A DNA stretch of 64,000 nucleotides from a bacterium (GCA_021780535.1 JAJXYN010000012.1:5688-69687), one strand, 5' to 3'; positions 45,274-54,936 are shown, counted from the first letter of the stretch. The notes: generated by a model not told the origin, from the sequence alone. Numbers and translations are program-made.

Positions 45274-46368
45274 ATGAGTAAAGATTATTATAAAATTTTG
45301 GGTGTTGAAAAATCAGCAACTGATGAAGATATTAAAAAAGCTTTTAGAAAATTAGCACATCAACATCATCCAGATAAAAGTGGTGGTGATGATTCTAAAT
45401 TTAAAGAAATAAATGAAGCTTATCAAACTCTTTCTGATAAAAATAAACGCGCTCAATACGATCAGTTTGGGTCTGGCTTTGAAAATATGGGTGGTTTTGG
45501 AGGTGGTCAAAGTGGGCAAGGTTTCGGAGGTTTTAGTGGTTTTAATGGACAGGGTGGTTTTTCTCAAGATTTTGATTTGGGAGATATATTTGGTGAATTT
45601 TTTGGCGGAGGATCTAGAAGATCATCTTCATCTTCTAAAACTAGATCAAAAAAGGGTACTGATATAGAAATTTCTTTAGATGTTGATTTTATGGAAGCTG
45701 TTTTTGGTACAACAAAAGAGATTTCTTTAAAAAGAATAGAAAAATGTAAACATTGTGGTGGGGCCGGTAATGAGCCTGGAACTAAGATTAATACTTGTAG
45801 TACTTGTTCTGGAAGAGGTACTGTTGATAGGATTGTTACAAGTTTTTTTGGTCAAATGAGGACTCAAATTACTTGTGAAAGTTGTGGAGGTAGTGGAAAA
45901 ATGTTTGAAAAGAAATGTACTCATTGTGATGGAGATGGAATTGTTACTTCTTCTAGTGATGTAAAGGTAAATGTTCCATCTGGCATAGATAATAATCAAA
46001 CATTAAGACTTTCTGATGAAGGAAATGTTGGCCAAAATGGTGGTGGTAATGGTGATCTTTATATAAATATTAGAGTAAAATCTCACAAATTATTTAAAAG
46101 AGAAGGGTATGATATTTTAACTAACATAGAAGTTTCTTTTCCTGAAGCTGCTCTTGGTTGTAAGAAAGATATTGAAACAATAAATGGTAAGTTTTCTTTA
46201 AAAATTCCATCTGGAATTCAATCCGGAACTATTATAAAACTTGATGATCAAGGTGTTAAAAAATTAGAAAGTAATAGTCATGGTGATCATTTGGTTACTG
46301 TTAAAGTTGTAACACCAAAACATTTGTCTGTTAAAGAGAAAAAAGTTTATGAAGATTTATTAAAATAA
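45274..46368 (+). CDS. dnaJ: molecular chaperone DnaJ
   Basis: J domain (YYKILGV...HHPDK), G/F-rich linker and four CxxCxGxG zinc-finger repeats. Confidence 0.9.
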   Translation: MSKDYYKILGVEKSATDEDIKKAFRKLAHQHHPDKSGGDDSKFKEINEAYQTLSDKNKRAQYDQFGSGFENMGGFGGGQSGQGFGGFSGFNGQGGFSQDFDLGDIFGEFFGGGSRRSSSSSKTRSKKGTDIEISLDVDFMEAVFGTTKEISLKRIEKCKHCGGAGNEPGTKINTCSTCSGRGTVDRIVTSFFGQMRTQITCESCGGSGKMFEKKCTHCDGDGIVTSSSDVKVNVPSGIDNNQTLRLSDEGNVGQNGGGNGDLYINIRVKSHKLFKREGYDILTNIEVSFPEAALGCKKDIETINGKFSLKIPSGIQSGTIIKLDDQGVKKLESNSHGDHLVTVKVVTPKHLSVKEKKVYEDLLK

Positions 46369-46381
46369 TTTATAAATAAAA

Positions 46382-46410
46382 AATCTCAGATTAATTTCTG
46401 AGATTTTTTA
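46382..46410 (+). terminator. bidirectional terminator between dnaJ and rplT
   Basis: AATCTCAGA-ttaatt-TCTGAGATT followed by TTTTT. Confidence 0.65.
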
Positions 46411-46761
46411 TCATGCCATCATTTTTTCTGCAACTTTTGCAAATATGACATGATTTTCTTTTGATAATTGAGATAATACTTTTCTATCTAAAAGAGAACC
46501 AGATTTTCTTACTTTATTCATGAATTTAGAATAGCTATAATCAGGGTTTACTATTTTTAATCCATTGTTGATAAGTATATTCCAAAGAGCTTTATTAGTT
46601 CTTTTCTTTTCTTTTCTTCCTTTGAAAGATTGAACTCCAGCGTGTAATATAGCTGTTTTAGCATAAGAAATAAGGTTTTTTCTTCCATATTGGAATCCTT
46701 TTACTCTTGCTAATATATTCTTTCTTCTTTTTAAATGATGCATTCCTCTTTTAACTCTCAT
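46411..46761 (-). CDS. rplT: 50S ribosomal protein L20
   Basis: MRVKRGMHHLKRRKNILARVKGFQYGRKNL... is the L20 consensus. Confidence 0.9.
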   Translation of the reverse strand: MRVKRGMHHLKRRKNILARVKGFQYGRKNLISYAKTAILHAGVQSFKGRKEKKRTNKALWNILINNGLKIVNPDYSYSKFMNKVRKSGSLLDRKVLSQLSKENHVIFAKVAEKMMA

Positions 46762-46817
46762 TGCTTTAAAATGTTATTTATTATTTATGAAAACCTATTT
46801 TGGTTAAATCTTGTATT

Positions 46818-47024
46818 TTATTTTTTGATATTTAAATATACTTTTAATGTTTTTGTTGAATCTACATCTTCATTAAAAGATGTATCTCTTCTTTTGTTTC
46901 TACTTTCTTTACCTGTATTTCTACCATTAAAATGACTTTGTCCAGGTTTTCTGCTTTTTACTTTTCCTGTTGGGGTAAGTGTAAATCTTTTAGATAGTTT
47001 TTTGTTTGACTTTAATTTAGGCAT
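46818..47024 (-). CDS. rpmI: 50S ribosomal protein L35
   Basis: MPKLKSNKKLSKRF... is L35-like; sits between infC and rplT. Confidence 0.85.
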   Translation of the reverse strand: MPKLKSNKKLSKRFTLTPTGKVKSRKPGQSHFNGRNTGKESRNKRRDTSFNEDVDSTKTLKVYLNIKK

Positions 47025-47028
47025 AATA

Positions 47029-47556
47029 TTATTTTTTATATGATATTGTACAACTTAGTTTATTGTTTTTAAACTTTAACGGGTCCTCTATTATAACATT
47101 ATTTTGGTCTTTGTCTATATTAAGACTTGTTATAAATCCGTTAATGACATCTTTTGCTATATTTTGATATTGTAATTCTCTTCCTCTTAATTGCATCTCT
47201 ATTCTGATTTTGTAACCTTTAGAAAAGAATTTTAATGATTGATTAGCTTTTGTTTCTAGATCATGTTTACCAATATTTGGTGAAAGCTTAATTCCTTTTA
47301 TAACAACTTTACTTGTAGCTTTTTGTTGAGCTTTTACTTTTTGTTGTTCTTTGTATCTAAATTGATTAAAATTTAGAATTTTGCAAACAGGTGGGTTAGC
47401 AAGAGGTGAAACTTCTACTAAGTCAAGTTCAACAGCCTCAGCTTTTAATATAGCTTCTCTTGTGGGCATTTCTCCTATATTTACCCCAGTTTCGTCTATT
47501 ACGATTACTTTTTGTGCCCTAATTTCTTCATTAATTCTATATCTTTTTGTGCTCAC
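47029..47556 (-). CDS. infC: translation initiation factor IF-3
   Basis: RINEEIRAQKVIVIDETG...LDLVEVSPLANPPVCKILNF... matches IF-3 N- and C-domains. Confidence 0.9.
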   Translation of the reverse strand: MSTKRYRINEEIRAQKVIVIDETGVNIGEMPTREAILKAEAVELDLVEVSPLANPPVCKILNFNQFRYKEQQKVKAQQKATSKVVIKGIKLSPNIGKHDLETKANQSLKFFSKGYKIRIEMQLRGRELQYQNIAKDVINGFITSLNIDKDQNNVIIEDPLKFKNNKLSCTISYKK

Positions 47557-47632
47557 TTTTTAATATTAGTATTTAGTAAACTAAATTTATAAAACCCACT
47601 CGGGAAAGAAATGTGTTTTGTTTTGTTTAGTT

Positions 47633-47980
47633 TGGTGGAGATGATGGGAGTTGCACCCATGTCTTAAATTCGCTTATAAAAGATGCAATTAGTTTGTTTT
47701 TCTTTTAGAGACAAACTAGTAGAAAACCTCTATTGTTCTAAGTTTTTATTTTAGAACGGTTTGTTTTGATTTCTTTATAATAAATTATAAAGATACGAAA
47801 TGCGAAAAAATATTGTCAGTAAAAACCTAGTTGGTACTAAGCGTTAACTGTTGCTAATTCTCTAACAGGAGCAAATAAATTTGCTACGAAAGAAGTAGCG
47901 TTTGAATATAAGTTTTTTGCGTTTGAATTTGTCTTTTCTTTTATAAGTATGTTTGAATCTAATCGAAGCTAAACATCCCC
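47633..47980 (-). ncRNA. ssrA: tmRNA (ssrA), standard one-piece
   Basis: - 5' end: GGGGATGTTTAGCTTCGATTAGA... carries the conserved GCTTCGA D-analogue.
- 3' end: ...ATGGG-TGCAACT-CCCAT-CATCTCC-A-CCA, a tRNA-Ala-like T arm plus 7-bp acceptor (GGGGATG/CATCTCC, one G-U) and encoded CCA.
- Context: lies immediately downstream of smpB; a hairpin terminator (CCCGAGTGGG+TTTT) follows. Confidence 0.8.
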
Positions 47981-48116
47981 ATACAAAACATAATCCAAAA
48001 ATGGATTAATCGCTAGTATTATACAGGATTTTTTTAATTTATGCAAGGGGAAAAGAAGGAAGAAATTTTAAAACAATATATATTTGCATTTTGTTGTTTC
48101 AGTTTTAAAATTAAGT

Positions 48117-48575
48117 TTAGTATTCTCCTAATTTCACTGCTCTTTGAGCTCTTCTTTTTTCTTCTTTTTTCTTCATATCGTCCCTTTTGTCATAGAGTTT
48201 TTTACCTCTTGCGAGAGCTATTTCTACTTTTATTTTTCTTCCATTTAAATATACTTTTAATGGGATTATTGTTAGCCCTTTGTCTCTAACTTTTCCTATT
48301 AATTTATTTATTTCTTTTTTGTTTAATAGTAATTTTCTGGATTGTTCTGGATCATAAAATTGTTGGACATTACTTGCTGGTTTATATTTTGAAATATGAG
48401 AATTTAATAGATACACTTCTTCATTTCCCATTATTTTTACGTATGAAGATTTTAATGATATTCCGTGAGTTTTTATTGATTTGACTTCTGGACCAGTTAA
48501 TACAATACCAGCCTCGTATTTATCGAGTATTTCATAATTGAAATTTGCAGCTGAATTTTCGCAGTAAATTAGCAT
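48117..48575 (-). CDS. smpB: SsrA-binding protein SmpB
   Basis: 152 aa, with GIVLTGPEVKSIK... and a basic C-terminal tail. Confidence 0.9.
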   Translation of the reverse strand: MLIYCENSAANFNYEILDKYEAGIVLTGPEVKSIKTHGISLKSSYVKIMGNEEVYLLNSHISKYKPASNVQQFYDPEQSRKLLLNKKEINKLIGKVRDKGLTIIPLKVYLNGRKIKVEIALARGKKLYDKRDDMKKKEEKRRAQRAVKLGEY

Positions 48576-48936
48576 AATTGTCTTATTATTACTGTTAATT
48601 ATATAGGTTAAAACGTTTATAGTAAAGATACTTTAGTTTTTGGTTTAAGCTTTTGACTTTGATTTGAAATATAAAAGAAATTATTTGGTTGTTAGGATTT
48701 AATTTGTGGATATCTTTTTATATATTGATTTTGTGCTATGTTGCATGTTTTGTATAAAATGTTATAATATTGTTATATAGCATTTATTCTACTGCTTATT
48801 AGTGAAGAAAGTTAGAAGAATCCTCCTCCTTTTTTTCTGATGAGTATTCTTAAATTAAGATGAAATCGTTTACGATTAACACTCTTAAGTTAATAAGCGG
48901 TGGTATGGATGTTATATTTTATTTAAAAATAAAAAC

Positions 48937-49686
48937 ATGAGAAACGATACATCTTGGGGTAATTCTGCTGATTGGTATGATAATCTTCTTAATACTGATA
49001 GTGATAGCTACCAGGCTAAAGTTATTTTACCTAATATTTTAAGACTTCTTGATCTTAAAAAAGATGATTTTATTTTAGATTTGGCTTGTGGCTCTGGCTT
49101 TTTTTCTCGTGAATTTTATAAATTATCTAGAAATATTACGGGTGTTGATATTTCTAAAGAACTTATTAATATTGCAAAAACTAGTAATGTAGATATTAAT
49201 TTTTATGTATCTTCTGCTGATGATCTAAAATTTACTAAAGATAATTCTATTGATAAAGCTGTTTGCATACTTGCTATTCAAAATATAGAAAACGTAAAGG
49301 GTGTTTTATCTGAAATTTATAGAGTTTTAAAAAAAGATGGGAAAATGTTTTTTGTATTGAATCATCCTGCTTTTAGAATCCCAAAGAATAGCTCCTGGAT
49401 AGAAGATAAAACTGTTCGTGCTAGAAGAATTGATGAATATATGTCTGAATCTAAAATTAAAATTGAAATGCATCCAGGTGAAAAAAATTCTCCATTTACC
49501 ATTACTTTTCACAGACCACTTCAAGTTTATTTTAAGTTGTTTGATAAGGCTGGATTTGTTGTTAAAAGACTTGAAGAATGGAATTCTCATAAGGTTAGCC
49601 AAAACGGACCAAGAAAAGATGCTGAAGATAAAGCTAGAAAAGAATTCCCTATGTTTATGATGATTGAGATAATAAAAGGTAACTAG
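48937..49686 (+). CDS. class I SAM-dependent methyltransferase
   Basis: Motif I LDLACGSGFFS, then an acidic post-I residue and Methyltransf_11-like spacing. Confidence 0.8.
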   Translation: MRNDTSWGNSADWYDNLLNTDSDSYQAKVILPNILRLLDLKKDDFILDLACGSGFFSREFYKLSRNITGVDISKELINIAKTSNVDINFYVSSADDLKFTKDNSIDKAVCILAIQNIENVKGVLSEIYRVLKKDGKMFFVLNHPAFRIPKNSSWIEDKTVRARRIDEYMSESKIKIEMHPGEKNSPFTITFHRPLQVYFKLFDKAGFVVKRLEEWNSHKVSQNGPRKDAEDKARKEFPMFMMIEIIKGN

Positions 49687-49726
49687 TTGACTTTTTTTAT
49701 ATTTTGTGTTAATATTTTTTGTACAC

Positions 49727-49799
49727 TAGGTGTTAGCCAAGCGGTTATGGCGCCTGCTTTGGGAGCAGGAGATCGTGGGTTCAATTCCCATACACCTAA
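49727..49799 (+). tRNA. tRNA-Pro (anticodon UGG, G37); U1-A72 first pair
   Basis: TAGGTGT-TA-GCCA-AGCGGTTA-TGGC-G-CCTGC-TTTGGGA-GCAGG-AGATC-GTGGG-TTCAATT-CCCAT-ACACCTA-A. Confidence 0.8.
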
Positions 49800-49801
49800 T
49801 A

Positions 49802-49830
49802 GGCTTCGAAACTATTTCGAAGCTTTTTTA
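49802..49830 (+). terminator. terminator after tRNA-Pro
   Basis: GCTTCGAAA-ctat-TTCGAAGC followed by TTTTTT. Confidence 0.65.
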
Positions 49831-49933
49831 TTTTGTAAAAAAAGATTGTAAATATATGATAATAGTGTAAAATGAATTGTATGTTTTGTTAATTTTATCA
49901 ATTTTTTGTGAATTTATTTAATGCATTAAATTT

Positions 49934-50012
49934 AACTATAATATTTTTTTTCATGGTGTTCCGTTTAATTAAGATATTAAAGGAACTTACAAATGAATAA
50001 AAATATTATAGT
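49934..50012 (+). repeat. hairpin element family, copy B: 15-bp perfect inverted repeat with a different sequence from copies A/C, same core
   Basis: AACTATAATATTTTT / AAAAATATTATAGTT flank the core TTTCATGGTGTTCCGTTTAATTAAGATATTAAAGGAACTTACAAATGAAT. Confidence 0.6.
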
Positions 50013-50050
50013 TAAATTTTAAAATATAAAACGTTATTAAAATTTAAAAA

Positions 50051-51826
50051 ATGAATAAATATAAAATAAAATTAATTGAATTATTAAAAACCGTGAATAT
50101 TAACGGTGTTAGTCTTTCCGATATTCCAAACAGTTGGCTAAATCAAAAAATAGAATCAAAAATAGATTTTCTAAATAGAGATGAAAAGTCTTATAATTTT
50201 GTTTATGGATTAGTTGAGGCTCCGAAGGATTTGAAAAATGGAGATTTTTCTTTTCCTTGTTTCTTTTTTGCTATGAAAGGGGTTGATTTGGTAAAAAATC
50301 CAAACGAAGCTGCTAATATAATTTATTCTCAAATTTTAAATAATAATATTTTTGATGTTTCAGTTGCTGGTCCTTTTTTGAATTTTAAAATTAAGGAATC
50401 TATTTTAATTGATGAATTTTCTAATTATAAAGAAAATTTAGATTTATTAAAAAATATTGGAAATAATAAAAAGATATTAATTGAATATTCGTCTCCAAAT
50501 ACTAATAAATCTCAACATCTTGGTCATTTAAGAAATAATCTTTTGGGTGTTTCTTTATCTAATATTTTTAGAGATTGCGGTTTTAATGTTGTTACTAGTT
50601 GTATTTTTAATGATAAAGGAACGGCAATGGCTAAGACTATTTGGGGGTATATGAAATTTGGGAATAACTCTGAGCCGAATGATATAAAATCTGATAAATT
50701 TGTTTCTGAATTTTATGTAAAAGCAAGTCAATATGAAAAAGAACATCCAGAAGTTACTGAAGAAATTAATGAAATAAATAGAAAGTGGGAGAATGGAGAT
50801 GTAAAAGTTGTGGCTATGTGGAAAAAGCTTGTTGATTGGGTTTATGAGGGCTATAAAGAAACTTATGAAAAATTAGGTTGTACTTTTGATTATAAATATT
50901 ATGAAAGTGATATTTACAAAAAAGGCAAAGAAATATCTCAAGAAGCATTTAAAAATGGAATTTTGAAGGAAGGTGATAGTGGGGCTATTGTAACAAATTT
51001 AGAAAAATATGATTTGCCGGATACTATTGTTATTAAATCTGATGGTACTAGCCTTTATATTACTCAAGATATTTATTTAGCAAAATTGAGAAATGAAGAA
51101 ATTTGTCCAGATAAAACTATTTATATAGTTGCAAATGAACAAAATCTTCATTTTAAACAATTGTTTGCATTACTTGACCAATTACATATTGGTAAACGTG
51201 AAAATTATTTTCATTTGAATTATGGATATGTGACTTTGCCTACCGGTAGAATGAAGAGTAGAGAAGGAACTGTTGTTGATGCTGATGATTTGATTGATAG
51301 TGTTGTAAAGGAAGCGCAATTAATTGCGCCTGGACAAAAAAATGTTGCGGAAGAAATAGGTCTTGGTGCTGTTAAATTCCAATTTTTAAAAGTGGATGCT
51401 TTTTCTGATTTTGTTTTTGATCCTATTAAATCTATTGAATTAACAGGAGATACGAGTGTTTATATTCAATATGCTTATGCAAGAATTAACTCAATATTTA
51501 ATAAATTAAATATTGATAGTTTAAAATTTAATAATTTAAAATTTAAAAATATAAAATTAGAGAATGAAGAAATTAATCTTATGAGGGAGATTTTAACTTT
51601 TAATGATTCTATGGAAAAAGTTATTGAAACCTATTCTCCATCTTTTCTTTGTAAAAAATTGTTAGATATTGCAAATGCTTATAATTCTTTTTATCAAAAA
51701 TGTAGAATTTTGGATTTAGAAAATGATGATTTAAAGAATTTTAGACTTGAATTGAGTAGAATAACGTCTGTTTATATTAAATATGGATTAAATTTATTAG
51801 GTATTAATATTGTTGATAAAATGTAA
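50051..51826 (+). CDS. argS: arginyl-tRNA synthetase
   Basis: HIGH motif SSPNTNKSQHLGHLRN and the class I anticodon-binding C-terminus. Size is 591 aa. Confidence 0.9.
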   Translation: MNKYKIKLIELLKTVNINGVSLSDIPNSWLNQKIESKIDFLNRDEKSYNFVYGLVEAPKDLKNGDFSFPCFFFAMKGVDLVKNPNEAANIIYSQILNNNIFDVSVAGPFLNFKIKESILIDEFSNYKENLDLLKNIGNNKKILIEYSSPNTNKSQHLGHLRNNLLGVSLSNIFRDCGFNVVTSCIFNDKGTAMAKTIWGYMKFGNNSEPNDIKSDKFVSEFYVKASQYEKEHPEVTEEINEINRKWENGDVKVVAMWKKLVDWVYEGYKETYEKLGCTFDYKYYESDIYKKGKEISQEAFKNGILKEGDSGAIVTNLEKYDLPDTIVIKSDGTSLYITQDIYLAKLRNEEICPDKTIYIVANEQNLHFKQLFALLDQLHIGKRENYFHLNYGYVTLPTGRMKSREGTVVDADDLIDSVVKEAQLIAPGQKNVAEEIGLGAVKFQFLKVDAFSDFVFDPIKSIELTGDTSVYIQYAYARINSIFNKLNIDSLKFNNLKFKNIKLENEEINLMREILTFNDSMEKVIETYSPSFLCKKLLDIANAYNSFYQKCRILDLENDDLKNFRLELSRITSVYIKYGLNLLGINIVDKM

Positions 51827-51832
51827 TTTCAT

Positions 51833-52762
51833 ATGCTTAAAGAATTTGAATTATTAAAAAAAATATCAACTAGTTCTTCTTGCCCACATGCTTTTTTATT
51901 TGTGGGACCGACTGATGTTGGAAAATTTGAAACAGCAATTAACTTTGCTAAATTTTTAAATTGTGAGAATAGAGAAGTAGAGAATTGGAGAAAAATAGGA
52001 TTAGAAAAGTGCGATTGTGAACAATGCATTGCTATAGACAAAGGAATTCATCCAGATTTTTATATTATTGAAAAACAAGAAGATAAAAAAGAAATTGTTG
52101 ATTCTCAAATTATAAATAAAGATAAAAAAGAAGGTATTATTTATAAAATTAATAATAATCCTATATTTGGAAAATATAATATTGTTATTATAAAAAATGC
52201 AGAATTAATGAATAAGACGGTATCTAACACTATATTAAAAAATTTAGAAGAGCCAAAAAATAATACTATTTTTATTTTAACAACGACAAATAAAAAAAAT
52301 ATTTTAGAAACCATAGTTTCAAGATGTATGATTGTAGAATTTTCTTTGTTAAACAAAAAAGAAGCTTATGAATTAATTGAAAATAAAAATAATAAAGAAT
52401 TGATATTAGATTTATCATCATTAAAATATAAAAAAATAAAAGAACTTAATAATATTGATGTTTTTAATAAATATGTTGTAGATATAAAAGATTTTTCAAA
52501 AATTTTAAAAGCTAAAGATTTTGAAAAAATAGCATATATTAATAGAATATTAGAAAATAAAGAAAATTTAAATTATTTTATATATATTTGGGAATTGTTT
52601 TTTGATTTTTATTTATTAAAGAAAAATATAGATTTAATAGGTGATGTTAAACTTTTAAACATAGGAGAAAATATGAAAAAGTTGTATAATATTAAGAATG
52701 CAGTAATGGGGAATTATATTTTAAAATTGGGGTTGATTAATTTTTTGTTGGAAATGAATTAA
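51833..52762 (+). CDS. holB: DNA polymerase III delta' subunit-like clamp-loader protein
   Basis: The AAA+ N-terminus (HAFLFVGPTDVGK) and a zinc module CDCEQC. Confidence 0.7.
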   Translation: MLKEFELLKKISTSSSCPHAFLFVGPTDVGKFETAINFAKFLNCENREVENWRKIGLEKCDCEQCIAIDKGIHPDFYIIEKQEDKKEIVDSQIINKDKKEGIIYKINNNPIFGKYNIVIIKNAELMNKTVSNTILKNLEEPKNNTIFILTTTNKKNILETIVSRCMIVEFSLLNKKEAYELIENKNNKELILDLSSLKYKKIKELNNIDVFNKYVVDIKDFSKILKAKDFEKIAYINRILENKENLNYFIYIWELFFDFYLLKKNIDLIGDVKLLNIGENMKKLYNIKNAVMGNYILKLGLINFLLEMN

Positions 52763-52816
52763 ATTTAAAAATTAAAAATTTTTAAATTAGAATATTTAAT
52801 TTTAATTTTTTGTTAA

Positions 52817-54001
52817 ATGAAATTTAGTAAATTTATATTTATATTCCTATTATTACCATTGTTTTTATCTGGTTGTACTCTTGATCAAACGACTAAAGTT
52901 GAAGAAGTTAGAACATATCCTTCTGGTATATTTAAAACTATTAATAATGGTCAGGTTTGGGATTCAAAATCTTTTGTTGAAAAAACTCAAAATAGAATAG
53001 TTAGTATATCTGATTCTTTGGTATATGATATTGGATTTTCTCCAATAAATAGTGACATGGTTGTTGCTACTAGAAATAATGGTATTTATTACACTAAAAC
53101 AAAAGGCGAACAATGGAGCCCACTTTTTAACATTGGTAAAGATGTAATGGCATATTCTTTTGATTCTACGAGTCCATCATCTTATTATGTTGGTTATCAA
53201 AATAAACTTTATAAAACTGATGATTATGGTGCAAATTGGAGGATTGTATATACCGATCCTGATTCAACTATTGTATCTGTTAGAGCTGATTATTTAAAAC
53301 CAACAAATATTTATATTTTTTTTGCTGACGGAAGAATATTAAAAACTGAAGACGGTTCTAGTTTTATGGTTATTTACAATTTTGCAAATATTCCACAAGA
53401 TCCAGCTAAAGTAAAACATAATTACAGCGTTGATAAAGCTAACCCATTGGGAATAAGAAGTGTTTATTTTTTTAAAAAAAGTACAGATAGTTTTTATGTT
53501 GTAACAAATGGTGGAGATTTATATTTTACTAATAATGGTGGAATTGGATTTACTTTGATAGATTTAATAAATAATAAAATATCCGGAACTGTTAGATTTA
53601 TAACTTTCTATCCTGGAGCAATTTCTAGTTTTATTTTAGTAACAGATGATGGTATTTATAAAACTTTTGATGGTGGTGCTAATTTTGAACCTATAAATAT
53701 ACTTACAAGTAGGAACAAAAATGTTACAGCCTTGGTTATTAGTCCAAAAAATGATAATATTTTTTATTATGCATTAGGAAACTTAATTTATAGAACTTCT
53801 AATGGTGGATTGACTTGGAATACCATGCCAAGTCCAGTAACTAGAACTATTTCTACATTAAAGATAGATCCAGAGAATCCTAATACTATATACTTAGGGT
53901 CTGATATTGATTTGAGAATGGTTGAAAATGCAAATAATCAAAATCTTTTTTGTGATCTTTTTGGCATATTGTTTCCTCAATTTTGTAAAACAACAAATTA
54001 A
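52817..54001 (+). CDS. lipoprotein with BNR/Asp-box (sialidase-type) repeats, beta-propeller-like
   Basis: Lipobox LFLSGC and repeated S/T-x-D/N-G-G-x-T/N-W/F motifs (TDDYGANW, TNNGGIGF, TFDGGANF, TSNGGLTW). Confidence 0.55.
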   Translation: MKFSKFIFIFLLLPLFLSGCTLDQTTKVEEVRTYPSGIFKTINNGQVWDSKSFVEKTQNRIVSISDSLVYDIGFSPINSDMVVATRNNGIYYTKTKGEQWSPLFNIGKDVMAYSFDSTSPSSYYVGYQNKLYKTDDYGANWRIVYTDPDSTIVSVRADYLKPTNIYIFFADGRILKTEDGSSFMVIYNFANIPQDPAKVKHNYSVDKANPLGIRSVYFFKKSTDSFYVVTNGGDLYFTNNGGIGFTLIDLINNKISGTVRFITFYPGAISSFILVTDDGIYKTFDGGANFEPINILTSRNKNVTALVISPKNDNIFYYALGNLIYRTSNGGLTWNTMPSPVTRTISTLKIDPENPNTIYLGSDIDLRMVENANNQNLFCDLFGILFPQFCKTTN

Positions 54002-54003
54002 TT

Positions 54004-54936
54004 ATGTTAGAAAATTTAATTTTATCTGGTATTTTTCTTTTGAATAATAATATTGTTAATGATTTTGTGGAAAAAAATATTAATAATAACTCTTATTTTC
54101 ATAATAAAAACATAATAGAGTTTAAGCAAGATGATCAAAATAAAAAAGATTATTTTTCTTCTACTAAAATAAATAAAAACAGTCTTGGAATGAGTGTTGA
54201 TTTAAAGTCTGGCATTATGTTTGATTATGATACTGGAGAAATTCTTTGGGCTAAAAATGAAAATGAACAAAGATCTATAGCGAGTCTTACTAAAATAATG
54301 ACCGTTTTAGTTTTTTTAGAGAATGATTATGATACTTCTAAATATTTGAAAATAGAAAAAAGTGATATTGATTTAGAAATGGAAGGGGCTGCAAAACTTG
54401 GCCTTAGAGTTGGAGATGAAATTAATGTTGAAGATTTGCTTATAGCATCGCTTGTTGGATCAAAGAATGATGCTGTTAATGCTCTTGTTAGATCTACTGG
54501 TCTTAGTGATGAAGAATATGTTAATAAAATGAATGAAAAAGCGAAATTTCTTGGTTTACAAGATACTCATTTTGATAATGTAAATGGCTTGTCTTCTTAT
54601 AATAAATCTACAGCAAAAGATTTGGCTAAACTTTTTTATTACGCTTTTTCTAATAAAGATATAAAAAAGATATCAACAATGACAAAATATACTTTTACTA
54701 GTAAATCTGGTAATGTTTACAATGTTAAAAGCACTGATAAATTATTAAGCACTGATTTATTTAGTATTTTGGCTGGTAAGACTGGATATTTAGATGATGC
54801 TCAATATTGTTTCGCTGTGTTGACTAAAAATAAAAATAAAAGAATTTTAGGTATTTTTCTTGGAAATGAAACAGATGAACAGAGATTCTATAATGCAAAA
54901 GTATTGAATTGGTGGGCATATAACAACTTTAAATAA
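54004..54936 (+). CDS. D-alanyl-D-alanine carboxypeptidase (S11, PBP5-like)
   Basis: SxxK (SIASLTKIM), SxN (GSKNDAV) and KTG (AGKTGYLD) motifs. Confidence 0.75.
   Translation: MLENLILSGIFLLNNNIVNDFVEKNINNNSYFHNKNIIEFKQDDQNKKDYFSSTKINKNSLGMSVDLKSGIMFDYDTGEILWAKNENEQRSIASLTKIMTVLVFLENDYDTSKYLKIEKSDIDLEMEGAAKLGLRVGDEINVEDLLIASLVGSKNDAVNALVRSTGLSDEEYVNKMNEKAKFLGLQDTHFDNVNGLSSYNKSTAKDLAKLFYYAFSNKDIKKISTMTKYTFTSKSGNVYNVKSTDKLLSTDLFSILAGKTGYLDDAQYCFAVLTKNKNKRILGIFLGNETDEQRFYNAKVLNWWAYNNFK

Noticed and set aside
48037-48289. 82-aa plus-strand ORF (MQGEKKEE...)
   Set aside because: It is antisense to the 3' end of smpB and the tmRNA promoter region, made of poly-F/L low-complexity codons typical of antisense frames in AT-rich DNA.
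48837-48843. Hammerhead-ribozyme core CUGAUGA followed 18 nt later by GAAA
   Set aside because: The required stem II between CUGAUGA and GAAA does not form cleanly (G-U then mismatches). No stem I/III partners or cleavage triplet could be placed. A 7-8-mer of this composition is expected by chance about once or twice in 64 kb on two strands.
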